A stretch of DNA of 64,000 bases. It comes from Podarcis filfolensis. Lineage: Eukaryota. Made by a program: the position numbers and the translations under genes. How positions within the stretch are numbered: position 1 is the first letter of the stretch; the number at the start of each line of letters is the position of its first letter. The notes under the pieces were generated by a model. The model saw only the letters and a list, made by a program, of their open reading frames with translations, ran no database searches and had not been told where the DNA came from. The stretch is from NCBI GenBank assembly GCA_964270895.1, contig OZ185436.1; one strand, 5' to 3'. Below are positions 13,701 to 24,771 of the stretch, piece after piece.

Positions 13701-15373
13701 GGAGAATCTGCAATTCACAATATGGGAATGGCAATTTTTATATTATATATATTTCATCTATCAGACATAGATGGGGGGAAAAAACCACCTGTAGGGTTTT
13801 TTTTACTGTGTCCATGCTGGGAACTACAGATTTTCTGTAGGGAGTTCACAGTGACAAATTAAGCGATGCTGTTAAAAACGACATAACTTGTCTTACAAAA
13901 TTATATATAGAATTTGATCTGAGTTTAAAACATGCCTGCCATGAAAGAGATTCACCCATGTTTTAATAAGGCCAATTCCCATTTTCCAATAAGCCTTTGA
14001 ATGTGATGTTTTTATAACATTTGAAGTCTTCTCAATATTCTTGGATTTTCCTCATAAACAGACAAGGTATTTGCCCTTAGTTACTGTTGCTGTACTGCAC
14101 AATACTTAACATAGCGGTTATTATTTAATAATTTCTATACTTTTTCTAAGTGGTTTACAACTATATTTTTTAAAAATAAAACTATGCTTTTTGTGCCACC
14201 ATCCTGCTGCAGAACCAGCATAACTAGCAATTCTAAAAACTGCCCAGTAAGCACGGTGAGGGCAGGAGTGCACTTTCATCAAAGAAATACAGTAAAAGTA
14301 GCTTTAAAAGCTACTAAACTGCATCCCAACAATATCTTCTGCATTTGTAGTATATCCTGTAGTTAACCTAAATAATAATGTATTATTTATATACAACTTG
14401 AATGTTGTTTTAATGTATAAGCTGATAGAAATAATGAGCTTAAACTAAATATTGCAGAGCAGTGAGGTTCCTTTGTCAGATACTGGAACTAAACTATGCT
14501 GCATGACAGGAAGTGCTGGCACTGATAGACTAGAACAAATTTATTTCTCCAGAACGTCTTTCTACTTAGTTTTCTTTTTTGTGTGCATGTTATTTTGTAA
14601 TGTAATTTTTACAATGAACATAATAATTTATCATTTTTAATGTCTGACCTTCAATTTAGATGGAAAGCTGTTAATCATGAATTTAAATTAACATTCATTT
14701 TAAATAAATAAATAAATACATCCAAATTCTACATCAAGGAAACATGGCCTCTTTGTCTGAAACGGATTAAACAAACTAGAAAAAAACATATTTAAGTCCA
14801 TGAAAGTTATTCTGACTGCAATGCAGGTTTTGGAATTCTTGGCAAGAAATGTGGTGGTAGAAGGTGGGCAAGGTGGGAAGTAATGGTGGGCAAGTGACCT
14901 GTCATGTATGAAACTCACAAGTTCCATCCTGTCCCTTTTGCTCAAAGGAAAATCAAATAGAAGGCTAACTTGGACCTTTTAAAGACTTTAGAAATGTTTG
15001 TTGTTCTTTTTAAAGAATTATTGTGGGAGATCCAGAATGATTTTCTTGGCAGAGCCACTTGCTTCTAAAAATACGGTACATGCTTCACAATTGTCTATGA
15101 TATTACACAGGAACACCTGGAATCTTGCAATTCTTAATTTCTACATCTATAAAAGCCCTTGCTGAATATGATGAGAGGGCAAGCCAATATGTTTTCCATG
15201 TGGCATTGTAAGCTTTCAGAATCTTCAAAGCACAAAACGGCAACGCTTTCACAGTCTTTTGTTCTGAAGTTGACATATTTGCTTATCTAAACATAAGGAA
15301 GGGCAGTAAGCTGGGAAATATATAAAAAGAACAATGAGATTTATTACTCATTTTGGAGAGCAGGTGTGTGTAG

Positions 15374-15492
<119 letters not shown>

Positions 15493-17250
15493 TTAAGGGA
15501 TGCAAGAGACCATCCGAGCTAAAGAACAGGCTGTTTTTGCAGGTGCTTTGGTCTTCATTTCAGAAAATTCCCAAGCACAACTGAAACAGCAAATTTTACA
15601 TTGATTTTGAAAGCAAGTCTACATTAAAACTTTTGGCTTTTCCTTAAAAAGGGGGGGGACCCTACCCGTAGGACAAACTAATTTAAACAGGTCCTTCAAG
15701 TTCTATCTTTGACAAGTTTGGCAAGACTTTGATGATGCATGTATATTATGAAAATAACCGTCTTCTCCCTACTGTCCCCCACCTTTTCTTTAAAAAAAAA
15801 TCACTGAACAAACAATCCTTGCTAATCACATGCTCCTACTTTTAAAGATTAATGTCATAAATGTTTTCAAGATCACCCAACTTTGGAAACTTATGACCCA
15901 CCCTACAATCAATCAATTCCGACAACTGCAAATGCATGCAACAGAGTGCACGGATAGCAGTTAAAAAAGAAGCCATGTGGAATTATTTAACATGGCAGCT
16001 CAATGGAACTTTAAACACTGCCTGTCGGATAAGTTTTGTGGTACAGTGAGTCCCTCCAATACCACCCCTATAAAGCAAGACACAGCACTACAGAGACTGG
16101 CGTTTTATTCAAACATGTAAATCACACAGAGGTAATCAGTAACGTATTCAGTAATTGCCAAACTTCAGTGAACGGCAACCTCTTTCCATGAAATTAAGTA
16201 TTTATATGAGCTTCTAGTATGACTTTGTGACCAATTCCAGTAATAGAAAGGATCTAAAGCAAGACGTAGAATCACATTCTCCGCTGCCTGCAAACAGCAG
16301 AAGGCACGGTCTACTTTTGCAGTACGCAGCTGTCAACAGCTGCTGACAGCAGCAAACAGTACAGCGACATCAGCTAGTCACTGCCACCAAGTGTCTTCTT
16401 TTCCTATGTACAATACACAGTCTTTTTAAATGAGTCAACTGGGACAGCAGGGCAAGTGGGTGCAGGAATTGCAGCATCAACAGCACTAACTTGTGACAGC
16501 CAGACATAGGACAGTGGGCAAGGGGGGGGGGAGCAGGGCCTAGACATGTAGTGGGGGTGGAGGGAATTTCAAAATGTCTCAACACATTCTTAGTTATATT
16601 TATAAACCATCTTGCTTTCATCACAGAACTTAAGGCAGAGTACACGTGGTTCCCACATGGTCACCCATCCATGCGCTGGCCGGACCTAGATATGCATAGC
16701 TACAGCACAAACAGCATATCTTGCTCAGGGGTTCGGCTTGCTCTTTGCTGGAATCCTGTTTGTTTTTATGAAATGCCTTTTGTGTCACAGATTTTGCAAA
16801 ATAAGAACTAAATATGTTCCATGGTTACTTCTTAAGTAACCAGGTTGTCTTTCTGTGCATTTTCTACACCACTGTCAAGCTGTTGAGATAGGAGTCTGCG
16901 AGAGATAAGTATTTTTTATATTTATTAACTATAGCTTGCAACTATAGCTTGCAAGCAACTCCCAGGAAGAATAAAAAGCTGAACATACATAAAATTAGAA
17001 GTGCCTATGTTTGTTAGGGCAAAACAGAAGTCACTTCATGTTTTCCCACCCATATTGTGACAGACAGTACTCATCTGAAGGTGATAGCAGAAAAGAGAAA
17101 GATTGGGAGGAGAAAAGAATAATTAAATGTGAGCAAGTTACAAGGGAAGGGTGGTAGAAGAACCGGCTGTCCTATAGCTTTGAAGTATATAAAGATTTAG
17201 GAAATTTGTATTAAATGCATATCAGCATCCAGGCCTTTTCACAATATTTT

Positions 17251-17280
17251 GTGTGTGTGTGTGTATGTGTGTGTGTATGT
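17251..17280. repeat. Imperfect (GT)n microsatellite
   Basis: gtgtgtgtgtgtgtatgtgtgtgtgtatgt. Confidence 0.95.
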
Positions 17281-18584
17281 ATAGTTTGTGTATCTAAAAT
17301 AGTCAACACAAGCACTTTTGATGCAAATATGTCAGCAAGACACCAGTTGTCATACTTTCCACATTTCCCCCCAGATGTTCAGAGGAGGGGGAATCTCATT
17401 TCCCTTTAAAAATGTGTCTCAAATACCATTCATCTGTAGATCCAGGCAGGGGGTAACACTCAGTTTTAGTTTATCTCATTACAGCCTGCAGAGTTTTGCT
17501 TGTTTTAGCAAACAACAAATTCAGTAAGAAGAAACCTGGATAAATAAATATTTTAGCTGCTCACAAGAGGCCGTTTCCTCAGGAAGTCTGAATGCATCAC
17601 TTCATTTGGCTGAAAGAGAATATTGTCTTTCCTACATTTTTGGCAATCTAGACACCAGGAGGACAGGCGCAGGGTTAAATCTACAGCAACAGAACACCAC
17701 CAAGTGACATAACTTGGCAGTGATTTTGAGACCATACACAACATTTTAAATCAGTAGAGATAAATATTTAAAACATGATGCTGAGAAAAACCACATAAAA
17801 TAGGACTCTGTGGTTGGTTTCTGTTGCAGATCATTCCCCTTACATAGCTTTCATCAAATTGACAAAGTAATTACATTCTGTGGTCCTCAAAGTGTGAGAT
17901 CAACTGTCATATTGCTGTTTAGTGTTATGTACAATCATATGTTTCTCATCAGTTCTCTTTGCAATGGCCTTCACTTGTTATGTTTACCAAAGCATTAAGA
18001 CAGTTTGAAAATGTCAACTTTCACCATGCAAATACAAAATTGATGTTTGAGTATCAATCAGCTTTAAGTAACAGGCAAAAAACCCCTCTAGTAAGTGATT
18101 ATCAACTGAAGAGTAATGACTCTGACACAGATCAAGTTATAGTGGACCACACTAGCATTACTACCACAATTTTATTTTTTCTGTTTTCCTTTGATTGAAA
18201 GTCACTTCGAAAAGTCTCTAAAGGAAGAAGTACATGAATATATTTAACACAGAGAGAGAGAAAGGAAGAAAGAGAGAGGGGAAGAAAGAGAGACGGAAGG
18301 TGAGAAAAAGGAAGAGTTATTAGAAACAATACATGGGTTGCATGTTACAGGTTGAGGTTAAAAGGCTGAAGATGATGGCTCTAATTGATACAGAGAACTG
18401 CCTTTTGGTAAATAAACTGTTAACCATGTAAATGGAAAGTGTGCATGCAGCTGATAAATGTTTTGTGACATTTAGATTTTTTTATTGCAAGAAATGACAT
18501 TAACAATGTCTTTACAAAATCCTGAAAAAACTGTTTTCTATGTATTTTTTCTTTAAAGGAACAATATTTTCCTACCACCATCCA

Positions 18585-18698
18585 GGTGTAAGGTAGCGGT
18601 TGAGGTTGGCATCTGTCTTTCTCAGGAGACGATGGAGGAGCGTGCCTTTGGGGTGAAGTCAAACTGCTGGAAGGTTAGAGCGCCTGTTAAGGCTGTAG
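18585..18698 (-). mobile_element. RTE-clade LINE 3' terminal fragment (non-BovB)
   Basis: ggtgtaaggtagcggttgaggttggcatctgtctttctcaggagacgatggagg...ggggtgaagtcaaac resembles a recalled lizard RTE 3'UTR in reverse. Confidence 0.5.
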
Positions 18699-21600
18699 GG
18701 ATGTGATTGTCTAACATAAGCTAATGAAGTAAAAAGATGTCCAGTTTCTGTATTAGGTGGTTGCGGAATCAAAATAAGCCAGGAAAACCCACCCGATAAT
18801 TGAATGTTACCCTCTGTAAAAAAAGTTTTGATTTCAGAGTTAATCACTTCTGCTAAGCAATTGGCAGCCAGGCACTTAATTAAGACTGTGTGGGCAACAG
18901 AAGAGGGAAGAGAGAGCTGCGTAAAGTACTTCTATGTAGGGAAAGAAGTGTGAAAACTCCATATAGATTGTTGCAATCAGTGATCAAGTATGTGCATTCA
19001 TAGCATATACTACATGCTGGCTTCCTTGTACATAAACAATGAATGAGCAAACTGCGCAAGTGTCCCAAGCAATATTTCATATTATCCCTCTAAGAAAGTG
19101 CTTTCCATATAACTGAAACTGCATAGAGAGCAAAGATACAGCTGGTGTGACTGTCCTCAAAGTCTGTTCCTAGAACACTCCAGCATAAACTAGTGATAAT
19201 GTGAATTCACAGGGAAGCTGATAACTTTACTCAGAACAGCCCAAGGTCACCAAAGCTGTTCAAATGGTACATTGTTTGCTTTTACTATTGTGTATAATTG
19301 ACTACCATGCTTTTCCAAATATCTAAAGAACTAAAGTTAGAAAATAACTCTTCTATATTAAAAGACAAATTCAGTTCACGTCAATGCATAGCTTCTCAAT
19401 TCACTATTGCAAGGGTATGATATGAAAAAAAAATTTAACGTCTCACTTGCAATTATCTTTCTCCCAGTTTTGAAAAAAAGGAATTGAGCAACTAGAACAT
19501 TCACAGACTTTGAAAACCATCCTTGATGTAAACTCACTCAGGCTGGAACCCCAGATTGGGTGAGAAAATGGCTTGTAAGAATGGATAGTAAAACAGGACA
19601 CAGAAAAAGCTTTACTGGAAGGATCAGCAACATGGTGCCTTTTGGTGCATATGTACCAAGAGAAGCCTTCCCTGACATCCAAAGGAACCACTTACCTGTT
19701 GCCCCCATTGAAATTAAACTTGAAGGAAACCTTTTATTGTAGCCAATAGCGAAGGCTAAGGTGTGTGCTTGGTTATAGTGTATGTGCGGTGCCCATGACA
19801 ATTTATCCAGTTTGCAACTGTACCCATGAGCCCTGATTCCTACTTTACTAAGAAAACATTAAGGATATTTTATGCTTCCTGAAACAGAAACAGTGCATTT
19901 TGGAAATTCTGATTTGTAATCCTAGTTTGGCAAAGTACCTGTCACTTTTTATTATTAAATTTGTGGACCAGAATATTTTCTGTTATAATTCTGAAACAAA
20001 TATTGATTCAGAAAGGACTACTATTAAAACCTATTCTAAAAATTAACAAATGCCGATGTCAATAATTTTTCTAAAAAACCAAATCTTTAATCACTGAGGC
20101 ACAGGGATATTTGTTTTAGTGTTTAAAAAGAGGATCTCCAAAATAATAAATTATAGTTTAAAACTACAATTGTAAAACCTTAATCCTTGGTTTAAACTGA
20201 CTAACTCTCAATAGGTTTCTGTCCTCTCTCTTTCAGAGAGTGAAATAATTCTCTCTGCATTCTATGCTCAGACTTGAAGTGTCAAAATGGCACCACCCAA
20301 CCACAAGAGGGAGAATTGAGGAAGACCCAGGGTTTATCTAAGTATTTATTTCTCACCTGCCTTTTACCACAAGGTTCTAGTAGGTATGTAATTTGAAATA
20401 ATATTTCCCTCTGAAAAATTTATCTGCACAGTCATGTTTATACAATTCAATACTTTCTCCCAAAACTTAATAAGCAAATGACATGGTCAACAAAAACATG
20501 AACACTCCACATTGCAACATTTTCTTGTGTTCCAAAAACAATAGAATAATCTGGTGGAGCTCTATTGACCCTGTATACCATTAATAGTTAATTCTTTCTA
20601 TCTATCAGAGAGCAGAGCCAGAGTAAATCTAGAAACATCCCACACAATTTTAACAGAAGAAAGGCTTGGGAGCCTTTGGGGAGTACGGTAAAGGGAGGAG
20701 ATCTTTTGATTTCAGAAAGGGCACATAGCACCTGTCTGTCTTGAAGATGTGAACATGAAGCAGAACAAATGGGATTAGAAGCTGTTCTTTTGGAATCTTA
20801 TAGGCATCTAAAAACATATTGTCCCATGAATCTGGATTGCTACTTACAGATCCCTTCATAATTTCCCGCTTCAAATTAGTGTCAAATTAAAAACAAGACC
20901 ACACTATGTTATTCTGTAAAACAGTGTCACATTGCTGATTTTGTGCATAGCAGATGCTTGTTCACTTGAGCTACAAAGCCAGGTAGTCACATTCTGAAGA
21001 TGATAATAGCTACAAAAAAGTGTTGATACTGTCAATTCAAAAGGAAGTGCTCTCACACAGGAGTACTGAAAAAGTCACAGACTTTAATTAACACATTTTC
21101 TGTCCCAGAAGCATATTGATATTCACTGTGGCCTCAGCTTTTACAAAATTCAAGGAATCACAACCTGCTATTTTGCCAACAGTAAGATCAGTAACACCTA
21201 ACTCATTGCATACTATGACTTTGTGGTTGTCGCATCTTGCTTTATCAGGCTAAAATGTCAAAATAAGGGACAAGCAAGGCCTTGCGCCTGCAGTAAGGGA
21301 CATAAATTAAATTCTACAACATACTGTTCAATAATAAATAATAAAAACTGCAACAACTCTACATAGAGGCAGATCAATCCCTTCCACAAAAGAGGCATAT
21401 GCATTTATTTTCCTGGCAGGCAGATCAAGCCCTGCTTTGGTCTCCACCTCTATGTTTTGTTCACTATAAGGTATATTTTGATTACACGGGGCAGCAGGAA
21501 ATTAAATAAGGCAAAACACCATGCAAATAAAAGGAACAGAACAGTTAGAAGCCATTTCCTTTCCCAAATTATCTAATTGCTTTCAACAGAATGGCTGACT

Positions 21601-22128
21601 TTACAAGTCAACACATCTGTATACATATACTGTATTTTTCACTTTAAAACTCAAGTGTTCTACAGCAGTTGGGGGGCTTAGTTCTCTCTTAAATGTATGG
21701 GTCACACCACTTCACTGGAACTGGCCAAAAATGGCAAATTCCATCAACTGAGACCTCATCTGTTTTAACCGTCTCTGCTGTCACCAGGTAGTACCATCTT
21801 GCAACTATCAGATCTATATCAAGCCATAAGGAAGACAGACATGCTGACGATTATTTCAACAACTCTGAAATGTCAAAGTGATATGGCTGGAATTCAACAG
21901 GGCCTTTAAACTAATGTTCATGACAGAAACAAAACAGGGACTGCCCAGAAAGTATGTGACAGTTAAAACTACTTTTCATTCCACCAGCACATAAGGAAAT
22001 CTGTACAGCTCCTGCGACACATATTCAGTACCCCATTAGAAAGCCTGCAAGGTATAAATATTAATTAGAGGTAAAGCGTGCCTTTTTAGTGACACAGAAG
22101 TATACTGAACATGAATAAAAGAAGTAAA

Positions 22129-22338
22129 CAGTGGTACCTCAGATTACAGACGCTTCAGGTTACAGACTCCACTAACCCAGAAATAGTACCTTGGGTTAAG
22201 AACTTTGCTTCAGGATGAGAATAGAAATTGCGCTGTGGCAGTGGGAGGCCCCATTAGCTAAAGTGGTACCTCAGGTTAAGAACAGTTTCAGGTTAAAAAT
22301 GCCAGAACGAATGAAGTTCTTAACCCGAGGTCCCACTG
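22129..22338 (-). mobile_element. Tigger-like MITE, copy 2, inverted relative to copy 1
   Basis: TIRs CAGTGGTACCTC / GAGGTCCCACTG, TA on the right. Interior is the reverse complement of copies 1 and 3, with a deletion. Confidence 0.9.
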
Positions 22339-22910
22339 TACTGAACATGAATAAAAGATCTATACATTTTCTAAACCATGCAGAGTCCAATAGGAGGTCA
22401 TGTGAAGATAACAAAATGTACCTATTGGCACTCTGTAACAGTGTTTAAATGACTGCTTCTCCAGCAAAAACAAAGGAGTATGGCAAAACATTTTTGCTAA
22501 TACTCCATTCTCCCCTTGTCACAAAATGTCAAGCTTTGCTATATTCTCACCTCCCCAATGTGTGACTTAATTAATGACCTCACAGATGCTCAATAAGATA
22601 GAAGGCTACAGATTCACAGTTATGCCATGTTTAGATCTATTTGTGGCATTAATATAAACTGTGATGAAAGGATTAATGTCTCAATTAGGATAACTTACAG
22701 ATTAAATTAATGTGTGCAGAGGGAAACAGTTTTCTATTAACCAGACAAAGATCCACAACATTTTACCAAATAAGGAGCATTCTGGAGGGAGGAAGGACAG
22801 GGAGAACACAGGGGTTACTCTTGTACCGAGTTCAAATGCTGTTTCTGTTTTTCTGCTACTTTAAACTCAAATGGTAAATCTGAGTTCCCGAGAAGACATG
22901 GGATTCTATT

Positions 22911-23000
22911 CAGTGTTAGTTATACTCAAAGTATACCTATTTAAATTCATTTACATAACTAACATAGTTCCATTAATTTCAATAGGTCTAACTGGATACA
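22911..23000. repeat. Short palindromic dispersed repeat with TTCAATRGGTCT core
   Basis: Arms acctatttaaattcat / attaatttcaataggt. Related copies near 28315, 37571 and 59825. Confidence 0.55.
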
Positions 23001-23152
23001 AGCCATGATTTCCTCCGGTAAGTATTTGTAGTAAAATATTGGGTGGTTACAAGAGTGTCATGGACAACTATTGGAAGTCTGCACCATCACTCTGATGAGC
23101 TACACAGTTCCCTACTCTGCATAATTTTAAGGCAGATGATAGGTAGATTGAT

Positions 23153-23180
23153 TGATAGATAGATAGATGATAGACAGACA
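23153..23180. repeat. (GATA)n/(GACA)n imperfect tetranucleotide repeat
   Basis: tgatagatagatagatgatagacagaca. Confidence 0.9.
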
Positions 23181-23269
23181 TATGAAATGCAGCTTAATCT
23201 AATCAACACAAGGGAATATAAAATGAGCTGCCCCTTCAATACTGGGGGTCCTGCCCTCATCCTTCTTCC

Positions 23270-23270
<1 letters not shown>

Positions 23271-23301
<31 letters not shown>

Positions 23302-23690
23302 CAACCTTTATTGTCACTACACCACCTGTGTGCAGTGAAATTAAACGAGCCCCCCCCCCATACACTCAGTCTTGTTCGCGCTCTGTGTGCTTGTCGGAAG
23401 TCAATTCCGCCACTATTTTTTCCATTCAGCAGCCCACCAGCCCACGGATAAAAACTGTTCTTTAACCTGTTGGTGTGGCTGACTATACTTCTGTATCTCC
23501 TGCCCAGATGTAGGAGATTAAAGAGGTGCTGGCCAGGGTGTGAATTGTCCCTAAGAATTGTCCCTAAGAATTTTCATGATACCATGAAGCAGCAGTCAGT
23601 CATGCTAATTTCTTCTGTGAGTGCCTTTCAGCACCATGGCAATTTTTGCTGCAGTTGAACCACTGGATAAAAGCGACTCACAGAAAATGG
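23271..23690 (-). mobile_element. Rex1/Babar LINE 3' fragment with (TAT)n tail
   Basis: Minus-strand translation KILRDNSHPGQHLFNLLHLGRRYRSIVSHTNRLKNSFYPWAGGLLN fits the Rex1 C-terminal motif (D.SHP...F.LL.SGRRYRS...T.R...SF.P.A..LLN). Trinucleotide tail at 23271-23298. Confidence 0.82.
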
Positions 23691-23717
23691 CAGTCTCTAC
23701 ATACAAACTTTAAAGTA

Positions 23718-23857
23718 CCATATTTTTTCGTGCATAAGACTAGGTTTTTTTCCTAAAAAATAATGTCAAAAATTAGGGGGGGGTCTTATACATGGATAGG
23801 GCCAAAGGTGGACTGGCGATTGGTTGGTGCGAGCATCTTATAGATGGAAAAATATGG
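23718..23857. mobile_element. Tc1/mariner Tc2-like MITE (140 bp)
   Basis: TA TSD both sides. TIRs CCATATTTTTTCGTGCATAAGAC versus reverse-complemented end CCATATTTTTCCATCTATAAGAT. Confidence 0.8.
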
Positions 23858-24681
23858 TAGTTCATGATACAAGTCCTATCTTCGCTTTAAAGAGGATCGA
23901 TAGAAAATTTTAATTAGTTCTAAAACTCCACAAGGGAAACGTGTAATGTGGGAATGCAATGCTATTGTGAAACACACTTAGACAAAAATAATTTTAGAAG
24001 AATGGGGGCAAAATACTTTGCCTTGTTTGCAAAAATTTACTTAATTAAGGGTAAAAACAGGGGGTGGGAAGGTGTGTTGGGTGATTCCAAGCAGATTGCT
24101 TATTGACCTCCTGCTATAAATTGTAAGAGGAATGACTCTCTAAACATCAGCTGACTTTCTAAACTATCAAGGAGAAAGTGGGTTTGGGGCATTTACATCC
24201 TGGTATCTTCGGTTCACACTAGTGGGTGAAACCTAGCCATGTGGGTTGGCAAGAGAGAATTCATCCCCTCTTCTCTCATCTTTCTCAATGAACTTTGAGG
24301 GGTGAGATGGAGTGGAAAAGAGACTGCTGAGCTCTTGATCAGAGAGCGGCTTTGCTGGTTTTTTTAAAAAGCAAATTACTTCCCTATGATACCGTCTTCT
24401 TATTTTTAATTGCCCTTTTGACTGAATATTTAGTCCAGCAAAGCGTGTGTTTTTTGTTCAAACTTCCAAAAACTTTTGTGGGAGGAAAACTGCACAAAGC
24501 ATGTATTGAAAGTCAGAGATATCCCACAAAAGTACTATCAGATACCATCTCTATATAGTTAAGTCCTTGTACTATAACACAATAATGCCGAATAAATTTT
24601 CATATTTTTTTTAGTTTAATTTGTCAAACATGTCCCTAGTGTCAGATTAGTACTTTATTTTCAAAAGGTAAGTGGATTTAA

Positions 24682-24771
24682 GCTGCAATCCTATAAACAC
24701 TTGCCTGAGGGTAAGACCCAAAGAACACAATAATGGGGCTTATTACTGAGAAGACATGAACAGGACTGCAC
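24682..24771. repeat. Short palindromic dispersed repeat (putative DNA-transposon relic)
   Basis: Ends gctgcaatcct / aggactgcac with inverted internal arms gtaagaccca / tggggcttat. Confidence 0.55.
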
